Origin: Verrucomicrobiota bacterium | GTDB taxonomy: Bacteria > Verrucomicrobiota > Verrucomicrobiia > Limisphaerales > Palsa-1400 | Length of the DNA stretch: 64,000 nucleotides | Assembly (NCBI GenBank): GCA_049510745.1 | Contig: JBEKYR010000007.1 | Location: 1 to 64,000 of the forward strand | Reading direction: 5' to 3' | Shown here: one piece after another, positions 50,316 through 60,545 of the stretch | How the letters are laid out: each line of letters opens with the position of its first letter | Position numbering within the stretch: the first letter of the stretch is position 1 | Position numbers and translations under genes: made by a program | Notes under the pieces: generated by a model | What the model was told of the DNA's origin: nothing | The model's database searches: none | The model's input: the letters and a program-made list of their open reading frames with translations, nothing else

Positions 50316-53162
50316 ATGAAAAGAGACACGAAAAAAATCCTCAACGTCAAACTAACAGCGGCGGCTGCCGTCACGATCTTGTTGGCGGCGATGCCTTCCA
50401 CAACCCGGGCACAGGTTAACACCAATCCGGTGCCAAACCTGGCCATCAGTTGGTCCTTGGATTCTTATGGATTCGACAACGCTGTTGGTGGAAGTGGCGT
50501 ACCGGTCCCCAATACTGCGGCGGGCCTTGCTCTGGCGACCAATTGGAACGACACATGGAGTGAGAATTTCACTCACGTGAGCGGGGTTCCCCCCGTGACA
50601 GTAAATAACTTGTTTGACATAACGGGGGCCGCGACCAGCGTGAGTCTAACCTACGCTGCCTGGGGCTCGTGGTATATTGTGAACGCACACGTTGGACCGG
50701 ATGCGGATGGCTCCTACAACAGGGAGATGCTCAACGGCTTTTTGAACGCAGGCCCGGCTGCGTGGGGCCCTAACATCACTAATTCATCCCTCATCTTCAG
50801 CGGCATTCCCTATACCAATTACGACGTTGTGGTCTATATTTCTGATGACACAAGCGGCCGGAAGTTCCGAATGACGGACGGGGCCATAAATTATTATGGC
50901 AGCACAGTGGCAGCAGCCGAAATCAGCGGGGCCAACGCTTTGTTTTTACCTACGACTCAAACCAGCAACACCCGGTTTCCCAGCGCAGACTTCGCCTTCT
51001 TCCCCGGAGAAACAAACAGCGCCCCCTCTTTCAATTGCTATCCATTATCCGGTAATGACCAGTGGCTCGGCATCTCGTCGATTCAGATCATCCAGGCCTC
51101 CAACGTCTATGTGCTCTTTGGCCCAAGTCCGGTCACTCAGATAGTTCCGGTCGGCCAGCCAGCCAGTTTCAGTGTCATGGCAGGCGGTTTGACCCCTCAA
51201 TATCAGTGGCAACATGCCGGCACAAACATCCCCAATGCCACCAGCGCCACCTACTCCATCGTTGCGGCGGCGCTGGGACAGGACGGAAGCTATGATGTCA
51301 TTGTCTCCAACAGTTTCAGTGCCGTGACCAGCGCGGTGGCCACGCTGACCTTCTATACGCCGAAGACTGACACGTGGGACGGCGTTGGCTCCGCTTGGGA
51401 CACCAGTTCAACCAACTGGACCGTCAACAATGGCGTTTCAAAGACGAATTACACGGAAACAGACAATGTGGTTTTTGGCCCGCTCGGCGCCGCCCAGCCG
51501 GCCGTTTCCCTGGCCAGCACCTTCACGCCGTCTTCCATCACGGTTTCCAACGCCGCTTACACACTTGCTTCCGGCGGGCTTGCCGGCACGGGGTCTCTGC
51601 ATGTGATGAACAATGCCACGTTGATTCTGGACACGGGTGACACCAGCACCGGGCCGACGTTGATTGACAGCGGCAGCACGCTCCAACTCGACAACAACGA
51701 CGCCGCCGGCGCGCTGGGTTCCGGGCCGCTGACCAACAACGGCGCATTGGTCTTCAACAGCTCCGGCAGTTATGCCTACGGCTTTCCGATCTATGGAACC
51801 GGCAACATCACAAATCTTGGGTCCGCCAACGAAATCACCTTGGGTGCGGGTGTCAGCGCCGATTATCTTGTCCAGGCGGGCGCCGGCCAACTGCTTCTCC
51901 AAGGCAATAACAACCTGACGGGCGGGCTGGTGGTTTCCGCCGGCACGGTTTATGCGCGCGTCAACACCAGTCTGGGACAGGGCACGGTGGTGCTCAACGG
52001 GGGAATGCTTCAGCTCTATTTTGCCAATGACTTCACCGGTTCGGCCATGACGCTGGCAGGCGGTGCGTTGCAAGGCGGCCTCAACGGCAACAACAGCTAC
52101 GACGGCACGGTTTCACTGGCGGTGGATTCAGACATTGATGTTGGCGCGGGCGATACCTTCACGTTGAACAGTGCCGCCGGACTCAATGGCGCCGGCTACA
52201 ACTTCAGTATAAATGCAAGTGGGGGTGGCACGTTGATTCTGCCGGGAACCGACAATACCTGGGCCAGCGTCACCATCAACGCCGGAACGCTCCAGATTGG
52301 CAATGGCGGCAGTGGGAGCCTGGGCGCCGGCACCATTACGGACAGCGGCGCTTTGACCTTCGATGTTGCCGGAAATCTGGTCGTGACCAATCCCATCACC
52401 GGCGGGGGCGCCATCAACCAGAACGGCGCCGGCACGGTCACGTTGACGGCGGACAATAACAGCGCCGGATTCGGCGGCCCCATCAACGTCAACAGCGGGA
52501 CGCTTCTGATCAACGGGACCGGCGGGACCGGAGGCGTAAGCGTGAACGGCGGCGCCCTTGGCGGCACCGGCGCAATTGAAAGCACGGTGGTGACGTCCGC
52601 AGGCTCGACGTTGTTCGCCGGCGCCCCGGCTTCGGTGGGCACACTCGCCATTGTTGGCGGCGATCTGGACATCGGCGGCAACGTCCTGGTGAAGCTGCAC
52701 AAATCCCTGGCCCAGTCCAACGACGTGGTGACGGTGTCCGGCGCGTTGAACAACACCGGCACCGGCATCGTGAATGTCGAAAACCTGGGTCCGGCGCTGG
52801 CGCCGGGAGACAAGTTCACGATCTTCAGCAAAGCCGTTGGCGGCAATGCACTGACGGTGGCTGGCAATGGCGTGGTTTGGAACAACAATCTGGCTGCGGA
52901 CGGCTCCATTTCAGTGCAGTCCTTGGGCACCGTCAGCCATCCGACCATCCAAAGTGTTTCCTATGGTGTCACCAACGTTGTCTTCAGCGGCGCCACTGGT
53001 TATGCCTACGGCCTCTACCATGTTTTGTCCTCCACCAATCTGGCGCTGGGCAACTGGACGCTGCAGGCCGTTGGCAACTTTGACGCCAGCGGGAATTTTT
53101 CCGTGACCAACAGCATCTCCGGGGCTGCGCCGGAGACATTCTATAAGCTGCAACTGCCGTGA
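50316..53162 (+). CDS. Secreted protein with an Ig domain and autotransporter-associated beta-strand repeats; no beta-barrel
   Basis: Signal peptide, YQWQHAGTNIPNATSATY Ig domain, GAG.L.L.G.N..GG..V.AGT repeats, ends FYKLQLP. Confidence 0.88.
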   Translation: MKRDTKKILNVKLTAAAAVTILLAAMPSTTRAQVNTNPVPNLAISWSLDSYGFDNAVGGSGVPVPNTAAGLALATNWNDTWSENFTHVSGVPPVTVNNLFDITGAATSVSLTYAAWGSWYIVNAHVGPDADGSYNREMLNGFLNAGPAAWGPNITNSSLIFSGIPYTNYDVVVYISDDTSGRKFRMTDGAINYYGSTVAAAEISGANALFLPTTQTSNTRFPSADFAFFPGETNSAPSFNCYPLSGNDQWLGISSIQIIQASNVYVLFGPSPVTQIVPVGQPASFSVMAGGLTPQYQWQHAGTNIPNATSATYSIVAAALGQDGSYDVIVSNSFSAVTSAVATLTFYTPKTDTWDGVGSAWDTSSTNWTVNNGVSKTNYTETDNVVFGPLGAAQPAVSLASTFTPSSITVSNAAYTLASGGLAGTGSLHVMNNATLILDTGDTSTGPTLIDSGSTLQLDNNDAAGALGSGPLTNNGALVFNSSGSYAYGFPIYGTGNITNLGSANEITLGAGVSADYLVQAGAGQLLLQGNNNLTGGLVVSAGTVYARVNTSLGQGTVVLNGGMLQLYFANDFTGSAMTLAGGALQGGLNGNNSYDGTVSLAVDSDIDVGAGDTFTLNSAAGLNGAGYNFSINASGGGTLILPGTDNTWASVTINAGTLQIGNGGSGSLGAGTITDSGALTFDVAGNLVVTNPITGGGAINQNGAGTVTLTADNNSAGFGGPINVNSGTLLINGTGGTGGVSVNGGALGGTGAIESTVVTSAGSTLFAGAPASVGTLAIVGGDLDIGGNVLVKLHKSLAQSNDVVTVSGALNNTGTGIVNVENLGPALAPGDKFTIFSKAVGGNALTVAGNGVVWNNNLAADGSISVQSLGTVSHPTIQSVSYGVTNVVFSGATGYAYGLYHVLSSTNLALGNWTLQAVGNFDASGNFSVTNSISGAAPETFYKLQLP

Positions 53163-53197
53163 CGGGTCTGGCGGTTCTACAGTGACGGGTTCAGACG

Positions 53198-53228
53198 ACC
53201 GGAGCCTGAAACTCCGGTTGTTTTTTTT
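53198..53228 (+). terminator. Rho-independent terminator
   Basis: ACCGGAG-cctgaaa-CTCCGGT followed by TGTTTTTTTT. Confidence 0.85.
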
Positions 53229-53289
53229 AAATCCAGAGCGAAATTGATGTCGTCATTTTTCAGGGGAACCGGTAGGGTGCGGCATCCAA

Positions 53290-53847
53290 ATGAGCGAGAT
53301 TACGTTGGTGCTGGAGGGGATTGGGCGGGGCGACAAGCAGGCTTCCGAAGACCTCCTGCCGCTGGTGTATGGAGAGCTGCGACGGCTGGCCGCCGCCAAA
53401 ATGGCCAGGGAGGCGGAGGGACAAACCATCCAGCCGACGGAACTGGTTCATGAGGCCTGGCTGCGCCTGGTTGGCGACGCGGCCCAAACCTGGCAAAACC
53501 GCAACCACTTCCTGGGCGCCGCCGCCGAGGCGATGCGCCGCATTTTGGTGGACCGCGCGCGGCGCAAATCCGCCGTCCGGCACGGCGGCGGCCAGTTCCG
53601 GCTCGACATCGAAGGGCTGGACCTGGCCGCGGCCGGGGCCGACGACAAAATCCTGCTGGTGGACGAGGCCTTGGAACAACTGCGCGAGGAGGACCCGGAA
53701 AAAGCGCGCATTGTCACGTTGAAATTCTTTGGCGGCTTGACCAACCAGGAAATCGCGGCCCATCTCAACCTGGGCGAGCGCACGGTCGAGCGCCAGTGGT
53801 CTTTCGCCAAGGCCTGGCTGCTGCGGGCCATCCGCGCGCGAAGCTGA
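53290..53847 (+). CDS. ECF sigma factor of the kinase-associated Planctomycetes/Verrucomicrobia type
   Basis: LLPLVYGELRRLA, TIQPTELVHEAWL, AAEAMRRILVD, FFGGLT..EIA. Confidence 0.92.
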   Translation: MSEITLVLEGIGRGDKQASEDLLPLVYGELRRLAAAKMAREAEGQTIQPTELVHEAWLRLVGDAAQTWQNRNHFLGAAAEAMRRILVDRARRKSAVRHGGGQFRLDIEGLDLAAAGADDKILLVDEALEQLREEDPEKARIVTLKFFGGLTNQEIAAHLNLGERTVERQWSFAKAWLLRAIRARS

Positions 53848-53867
53848 CACGACAAAGCGGCGTTCCG

Positions 53868-53894
53868 TGACGGGTTAAGCGGGCTATTTTCGCA
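53868..53894 (+). promoter_or_regulatory. Candidate ECF promoter upstream of the kinase gene
   Basis: TGACGGGTT-N14-CGCA, 21 nt before the ATG. Confidence 0.5.
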
Positions 53895-53915
53895 TATAAT
53901 ACATGACGTAGCGCG

Positions 53916-56900
53916 ATGAACGGGAACCTGCAACGAGAAGAAGCCCTCTTCCATGAAGCCATTCAGTTGGCCGATCCCCTTCGGCGCAAACTATTCCTCG
54001 ACCGCGCTTGCGCGGGCGACCCGATTCTGCGCGCGGGGGTGGAGGAATTGCTGGCGGCGCATGCCTTGGGAGAAGAGTTTTTTGACGGGGAAGGCTCGGC
54101 GTTCAGTTGGTCCGGAGGGCGCGTTGGCTCTTCCGCGCCCGCCAACAGAGATTCTTCCGTGAAATCTCCGGTCGAGGAACAGCCCGGAACGAAAATCGGC
54201 TGTTACAAGCTGCTGGAAAAAATCGGCGAGGGCGGGTGCGGCGTCGTCTATATGGTCGAGCAGACCGAACCGGTCCGCCGCCGCGTGGCGCTGAAAATCA
54301 TCAAGCTGGGCATGGACACCAAGAACGTCATCGCCCGCTTTGAGGCCGAGCGGCAAGCCTTGGCGCTGATGGAGCATCCCAACATAGCGCGGGTCCTGGA
54401 CGCCGGAGCCACGGAAACCGGACGGCCGTATTTCGTGATGGAACTGGTGCATGGGGTCAAGCTCACGGAGTATTGCGACCAGCACCATTTGGACACCCGG
54501 CAGCGCCTGGACCTGTTCGTGCAGATTTGCCATGCCCTTCAGCACGCTCATCAGAAGGGCGTCATTCACCGCGATATCAAGCCGTCGAACATATTGGTGA
54601 CGCTGCACGACGGCGTGCCGGTTCCGAAGGTGATTGATTTCGGCATCGCCAAGGCGACGGCGGAGCAACTGACCGACAAGACCTTGTTCACCGGCTACGG
54701 CAACTTCATCGGCACCCCGGCCTACATGAGCCCGGAACAGGCCGAGATGAGCGGCCTGGACGTGGACACGCGGAGCGACATTTACAGTCTGGGCGTGTTG
54801 CTCTACGAATTGCTGACCAGCAAAACGCCCTTTGACGGAAAAAAACTGTTGGAGAGCGGCCTTTTCGAAATGCGGCGCACGCTTTGCGAAACGGATCCGC
54901 AGCGGCCCTCGACCATGCTCGCGGCTTTGGACCATTCCGAATTAACGATCACGGCCGAGCGGCGCCACGCCGATCCGCCCAGATTGATTTCGCAACTGCG
55001 CGGAGATTTGGACTGGATCGTGATGAAAGCCCTGGAGAAAGATCGCCGTCGCCGCTATGAAACCGCCAACGGCCTGGCGCTGGATGTCCAGCGCTATCTG
55101 AACAACGAACCCATCCTGGCCCGCCCGCCCAGCCGTTCGTACCGCTTTCAAAAACTGGTTTACCGCAACAAAGTGGTCTTCGCCGCCGGCGCTGCGGTGG
55201 CGCTGGCCCTGATCCTCGGTTTTGGAACCTCCACCTGGCTCTTTTTCCGCGAAAGAGACGCCGAGCAGAAACAGTCGCGCCTGCGCCAGGAAGCCGAGCA
55301 AACCAGCGCCCGGGAAATGGAACTGCGGCGGCAGGCAGAACTCCGCGAGAAGATTACGCAGGCGTCTTTTGCCCTCAGCCAGGATCGGATGGAGGACGCG
55401 GACCAGGCAATCATCCAGGTTTCCAATGTGCCGCCTTCGCTGGAAAGCGCGGCCGTGTTTCGACGGCTGGGCGAGTGGCATGCGCTTGCGGGACGTTGGA
55501 AACAAGCTGCTGAACGATTTGCCACCTTGCTCAGCGTCAATCGGTTTGACGGCTGGGATGCGGCGGCGTCGGACGCGCTCAAGTGCGCGGCGGCCCTGGC
55601 GGAATTGGGCAACCTGGATGCGTACGACCGTTTTCGTGAAGCCCTGGTGGACCGCTTTGCCGCCAGTTCCAATCAGACGGCATCCGACCGGATGGTGAAG
55701 GCGGCCCTGATTCTGCCGGCCACCGATCGCTTTCTTCAGACGTTGCAGCCGCTGGTTGATACCATCACCTCGAAGATACCGCCCGCCATTCGCGCCCAGC
55801 CTCCCGCCGAGGTGTTGCATCCCGCCGCCGCCGAATCCAGCTCCAGCGCGCGGCCTGCCCTGGTCGATGTCTCCAGTTTTGACGGGCGCGCCATCGGAGT
55901 GGACTTCGGGGAAGCGGTTGACTTCGCCAGCGCCACCAACCCTGCCAACTATCTTGTTCCAGGAACGACCGTGACCAACGTCACGCTAGGCGCGGACAGC
56001 CTATCGGTGACCCTCTGGCTGGCATCACCGCTCGACGGACAATTCACCGTGCGGGTTGACAATGTCAAGGATGCGTCCGGAGACCGGGTTTTGCCCGCGG
56101 CAACAGCGACGAACTCCGTGCCGAACTTGAATTGGTGGGTCAGCGGAAACGCCAGCAACCAACCCAGCTCGGTGGCTTACAGCGGCAATACCGCCACCAT
56201 TGTGGCCGGTGGATCGGACGTGTGGCTTCATGGCGACAACTTCGTCTTCCAGTATCGATTGGAGACCAACGACTTTGATTGCCGCCTGCGCGTGCAATCG
56301 GTCGCGGACACCGACGGCACAGGCTTTGCGCGCACCGGCTTAATGGTGCGAGATTCATTGACGGACATCAACGGGCACATGATGATGGTCCAGAAAAACG
56401 CGGGGCCGAACGCCGGGAACAATAACATCGATTCCTTTGAAGTGACCCTGCGGTTTATTGCCGACCATCCCGAAACCACCTTCAGCGCGCCTCCCAATCC
56501 CCTGCCGGCGGCTTACGGTTCGAACTCGTGGCTCCGTCTGCGCCGATCCGGGACAAGATTTGCCGCCTATGTGTCCAGCAACAGCGTGGACTGGGCGCAA
56601 CTGATCGAAAGCGACGGCGCATCCCATGGCGACAAGACGTTTACGAACAACGTCCTTTTTTTCGGCATCGCTACCAGCGCCCACAGCACGGACGCCACTA
56701 CCAAAGCTGTCGTCAGCGGGCTGGGCGCGGTCCCTGCCACGCCGGTCAAAATCATCGCCCAGCCGGCGGCTTCTGTGGCATGGAATCAAGGCGCTCCCGG
56801 CGCCCTCAAACTGGTCGCCACGGGCGATTCGGTGTCCTGCCAATGGCGCCTCAACGGCGTGGACATTCCCGGGGCCACCGACGCCGCCTATCTTGTGCCC

Positions 56901-58286
56901 GCCGCACGGCTGTCGGACGCCGGAGTTTATTCAACGCTTGTTTACAACAACGTCAACGCGCTCGTCAGCTCCCCTATCAGCGTCACCGTTTCCAAAGACA
57001 CCACCCCCCCCTTCATCACCGACATCGTCAGTTACGATGGCCTCAGCGTGAAGGTGGAATACAACAAGGTGATGGATTCCGCCACGGCGGCCAACCCCGC
57101 CAACTATCGCGTCAATGGCTCCCCGGTCGCCGCGGCCGATTTCGCGCCCGGCGGCCGATCGGTCGTTCTGCGGCTTGGCCAGCCCATCGATGGCCAGGTG
57201 GAGGCCACGGTCAGCAACGTAAAAGACTTTTCCTTGAACACCATCGTTCCAGAGACCAAAGCCGTTGGCTCCGTGTTGCCTCTGCAACTCTTGGCCCTCG
57301 GAGACGCGTCCCTGCAGCCGTATTCAGTTTCTTACAGCGGAGACAGGGTTTCCATCGTCGCGGGCGGATCGGATGTCAGCGGGGGCGGCGACAATCTGGT
57401 TTATCAATATCTGGTGGTGACCAACGACTTCGACTTTCGTTTGCGCGTCCAATCCGTTTCGGGCGGCGGCGGTATGTTTGCCCGATCCGGCTTGATGGCT
57501 CGCGATTCGTTTCGCGACACGTCCAGCCACCAAGTCATGGTCGCCGTCAACGCGGGAAACACGTTTCAAACCATTGCCCGCACCATGACCGGATCCATTC
57601 AAACCCAAAGTCAGCCGCCCAACCCGCTGCCGTCGTCCTTTGGCTCGAATTCCTGGGTCCGGCTGCAGCGGGTCGGAACCATTTTCCGGACCTACTACGG
57701 CGACAACGGGGTGGACTGGACGTCGCTGTATCAGTTCGACAGCGCGGCGGATGCCGACGGACCGTTTGCCAATCCCCTCTATTTGGGCATCGCCACTTCC
57801 TCGTGGAGCGCCAGAAAGACCGCCACAGCCGTGGTGAGCGATTTTGGGGTGACTCAAACCACCCCCGTCAGCGCCACGATCTCGCTGGCGTTGATTGACT
57901 ACCGCCGGAAGAACTATGCCCAAGCCATGGAATGGTGCCGTCGCTGTCTGGCTGATCCTGACTATCAGGCGGCCCGCATCGCCACCGCGCGGGCCATCCT
58001 GGCGATGTGCTGCTTCCGGCTCAATCAGATGGCGGAGGCGCGTTCCGAATTGGCCGAGAGCCGCGAGATCATCCGGGGCAGATTCGCCGCCGGTCTTAAC
58101 GCCGGCAACGCCACCTACGGTTATTGGTTCGATTGGGTTTCAGCCCGCATCCTTCTGCGCGAAGCGGCGGCGCTCATCGAAGAGCGGGAGAAGGGTCTCA
58201 CCCAGAATTCCCGTGGTTCGCAAAGTGAGATCACCCCGGGGGGAGACCTGCCCGTTGCCACTGCGATTCAAAAAAGGAGGATTTAA
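53916..58286 (+). CDS. Membrane Ser/Thr protein kinase with TPR-like helices and duplicated Ig-like + ConA-like modules
   Basis: GEGGCG, VALK, HRDIKPSN, DFG, YMSPE; one TM; two SATNPANY/ATAANPANY modules and two AGGSDV..GDN...NDFD.RLRVQSV modules. Confidence 0.92.
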   Translation: MNGNLQREEALFHEAIQLADPLRRKLFLDRACAGDPILRAGVEELLAAHALGEEFFDGEGSAFSWSGGRVGSSAPANRDSSVKSPVEEQPGTKIGCYKLLEKIGEGGCGVVYMVEQTEPVRRRVALKIIKLGMDTKNVIARFEAERQALALMEHPNIARVLDAGATETGRPYFVMELVHGVKLTEYCDQHHLDTRQRLDLFVQICHALQHAHQKGVIHRDIKPSNILVTLHDGVPVPKVIDFGIAKATAEQLTDKTLFTGYGNFIGTPAYMSPEQAEMSGLDVDTRSDIYSLGVLLYELLTSKTPFDGKKLLESGLFEMRRTLCETDPQRPSTMLAALDHSELTITAERRHADPPRLISQLRGDLDWIVMKALEKDRRRRYETANGLALDVQRYLNNEPILARPPSRSYRFQKLVYRNKVVFAAGAAVALALILGFGTSTWLFFRERDAEQKQSRLRQEAEQTSAREMELRRQAELREKITQASFALSQDRMEDADQAIIQVSNVPPSLESAAVFRRLGEWHALAGRWKQAAERFATLLSVNRFDGWDAAASDALKCAAALAELGNLDAYDRFREALVDRFAASSNQTASDRMVKAALILPATDRFLQTLQPLVDTITSKIPPAIRAQPPAEVLHPAAAESSSSARPALVDVSSFDGRAIGVDFGEAVDFASATNPANYLVPGTTVTNVTLGADSLSVTLWLASPLDGQFTVRVDNVKDASGDRVLPAATATNSVPNLNWWVSGNASNQPSSVAYSGNTATIVAGGSDVWLHGDNFVFQYRLETNDFDCRLRVQSVADTDGTGFARTGLMVRDSLTDINGHMMMVQKNAGPNAGNNNIDSFEVTLRFIADHPETTFSAPPNPLPAAYGSNSWLRLRRSGTRFAAYVSSNSVDWAQLIESDGASHGDKTFTNNVLFFGIATSAHSTDATTKAVVSGLGAVPATPVKIIAQPAASVAWNQGAPGALKLVATGDSVSCQWRLNGVDIPGATDAAYLVPAARLSDAGVYSTLVYNNVNALVSSPISVTVSKDTTPPFITDIVSYDGLSVKVEYNKVMDSATAANPANYRVNGSPVAAADFAPGGRSVVLRLGQPIDGQVEATVSNVKDFSLNTIVPETKAVGSVLPLQLLALGDASLQPYSVSYSGDRVSIVAGGSDVSGGGDNLVYQYLVVTNDFDFRLRVQSVSGGGGMFARSGLMARDSFRDTSSHQVMVAVNAGNTFQTIARTMTGSIQTQSQPPNPLPSSFGSNSWVRLQRVGTIFRTYYGDNGVDWTSLYQFDSAADADGPFANPLYLGIATSSWSARKTATAVVSDFGVTQTTPVSATISLALIDYRRKNYAQAMEWCRRCLADPDYQAARIATARAILAMCCFRLNQMAEARSELAESREIIRGRFAAGLNAGNATYGYWFDWVSARILLREAAALIEEREKGLTQNSRGSQSEITPGGDLPVATAIQKRRI

Positions 58287-58667
58287 CCGCATAAAGGGCA
58301 AAGAACACAGAGAGAGGAACTTATGTCTTTTTCTTTGCTTGTCCGCCGAAGCCTTATAGGTAATCCAAAGTTATTCATCGGCGGCAAGGTGAGCGCAACG
58401 AATTCAGCACCGCAGCCGACGGTGAATAACTTTGGGGCGGCTCTACCGCACTGGGCTCTGTTGCGGCCATTTCATCTTCGGCTGTTTTGCGGTTTTCTGC
58501 CACTGACCTCCAGGCCCCCTGTTCGAAAAATAAGAAGGTCAAAGCCAAGCCCAACGACCCAGGCTGCGCCGGAGGCTTCGCCGAGGCGAGACCTTCGACC
58601 GCAGAGCCGGCGAGCTGAATGGCTCGCTACCGGTTCTGCTCGTTTTATTGTGCTGCTGACACGCGCA

Positions 58668-58991
58668 ATGAATGCAATTATCACAGTGGGGGGCGCCTTC
58701 GTGGTGCTGCTGGTGGCGATGATCGCATTGGTCCTGGTCGCGAGAGCTACGAAGTGGAAACCCAAACCGGTTAAGCCGATTTGCGGAATATTGGCGATAT
58801 GCGCAACAGTTCTTTCGGCTGGTGTCGTGTGCAGCATCGCCGGGAACGACATTCACATACTTTACTGGTGGCTTGTGGGCATTCCGATAGCTGCTGTTGT
58901 CTTTCCCGTCTGCTTTGCGGTGGCAAACTTGTCCGTCCGATTATTACGCACCTGTTGTTATTTCGTGGCGAAATGGCGCCGGAAAAACTGA
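58668..58991 (+). CDS. Small hypothetical membrane protein (about 3 TM)
   Basis: Hydrophobic 107-aa ORF from ATG 58668. Confidence 0.5.
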   Translation: MNAIITVGGAFVVLLVAMIALVLVARATKWKPKPVKPICGILAICATVLSAGVVCSIAGNDIHILYWWLVGIPIAAVVFPVCFAVANLSVRLLRTCCYFVAKWRRKN

Positions 58992-59178
58992 TTCGCACGG
59001 ATTCCGACGTTGCGGCCGCGGATATGAAGAAAATGGGAAGCGTCTTGCTTGCATCAAGAAACCCGATAAGGATTAACCATTCAGAGTGGCCGGTTGAAGT
59101 GACCGGTGACACCAGCCTGACCCCTTTGACGGGTCAGCGGCGGCAGAGCGCCGTCCGCCGCAACCGGTTGCACGGCGG

Positions 59179-59982
59179 TCATTTCTTTCCAACGGCCTTG
59201 AAAAAGGTGTAGCAGAAGACGCCATCCGAGGCGGCAGTCCGGTACAAGTCCCTGATGCCCTTGTCGAAGACGTCTTGCGCAATTATTCCCGCCTTGATGG
59301 CCGAGGCGCGGACACCTTCAATCATGGCCGTGAACGTATTCTTGGTGAACCCTTCAACCAGTTGCGGCTTGCTGGAATCAACATAGACCATTCGAGGAGA
59401 GACGCGGATTGAGCGATAGCCCGCCTTGCACAGCAGTGGATAAAGCTCTCTGCCGACCATGGCGTTGCCGCCTGCCCGCCGCTGTAGTTCAACCTGACAC
59501 TGAATCGCCTGGCGGGCGGCTTCACTGTCGGGATAAAAATAGACGGAGCCGTGGTCCCCTTCGATGACCGTGATGGTGCCGCCTTGGCGCAAGTGCTTTT
59601 TCAGTCTGCGCAGCGCCTCGACGGGCCGCGGGAGATGTTCCAGGACAAAACAAACGAAAATGTGGTCGAAGGAGGCCGCCCGGAAGGGCAAATGGAGGAG
59701 GTCCGCTTGTTGACATTGAACATTGCCCAGACCTGCCGCCGCGACTTTTCGCCTGGCTTCAGCGACCGACGCCCCGGATATATCCACAGAAGTGATGAAC
59801 GCATCCGGACTGTTCCTGGCCAGGGTGATGGTCTGCGCGCCGACGCCGCAACCGGCTTCCAGAACACGGCTTCCCGCCGGGTAGGCGGTGTCGGCGTGCA
59901 ATAGCTCGACCAGTGTGGAGGCTTGGTCCTGCAGGCGCAGATTTTCCCGATGATGATAGCCGTGGACGTACGCCTTATTCAT
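59179..59982 (-). CDS. Class I SAM-dependent methyltransferase
   Basis: VLEAGCGVG, VDIS, FDHIFVCFVLEH. Confidence 0.92.
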   Translation of the reverse strand: MNKAYVHGYHHRENLRLQDQASTLVELLHADTAYPAGSRVLEAGCGVGAQTITLARNSPDAFITSVDISGASVAEARRKVAAAGLGNVQCQQADLLHLPFRAASFDHIFVCFVLEHLPRPVEALRRLKKHLRQGGTITVIEGDHGSVYFYPDSEAARQAIQCQVELQRRAGGNAMVGRELYPLLCKAGYRSIRVSPRMVYVDSSKPQLVEGFTKNTFTAMIEGVRASAIKAGIIAQDVFDKGIRDLYRTAASDGVFCYTFFKAVGKK

Positions 59983-60080
59983 GCTTCCTGTTTCCTGCCA
60001 GACGATAGACGCCAGCCGCGCCCGGCCACAAGAGCAGAACCGCGGCCGCAGCCATCCCGGAGGTGGATGGCAATGGGCGA

Positions 60081-60536
60081 TTACTTGTTGGTCGCAGCGG
60101 CGGGCGCCGGCGTTTGGCCGGGGGCGGCGGCGGCCGGAGCGGAGGGGGTCTCCAGAGGCGCCGCGTTGGTCAACTGCAACAAGCCGCCACTGACGGGAGT
60201 GGTCGCGGCGGCGGGCGGCGGAGCCGCAGTATGTGAGATCCCTGTCGCGCCTTTTCTGGCGAGTTCTTCCTCAAGCAACGCGGCGGCGGACTTGGATTTA
60301 TTCGAGGCCATGACGGCCATGATGAGGGCCAGGGCGAAGAAGATGCCGGCCAAATACTTGGTGATCTTGGTCAGGACGTTGCCGGAACCCGCGCCAAAAA
60401 GGGCGTCGGTCGCCGCGCCGCCAAAAGCCATGCCCGCGCCGGCGTCCTTCTTGGGCAACTGCGCCAGCACCAGAACGACCAGCAAAACGCAGTCCAGAAA
60501 CATCACGACTGTCAAACAAATGTAAATAAAGTTCAT
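60081..60536 (-). CDS. secG: Preprotein translocase subunit SecG
   Basis: LVLAQ..K.AGAGMAFGG...FGAGSGNVLTKIT; follows tpiA. Confidence 0.93.
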   Translation of the reverse strand: MNFIYICLTVVMFLDCVLLVVLVLAQLPKKDAGAGMAFGGAATDALFGAGSGNVLTKITKYLAGIFFALALIMAVMASNKSKSAAALLEEELARKGATGISHTAAPPPAAATTPVSGGLLQLTNAAPLETPSAPAAAAPGQTPAPAAATNK

Positions 60537-60545
60537 AGTTGCACG

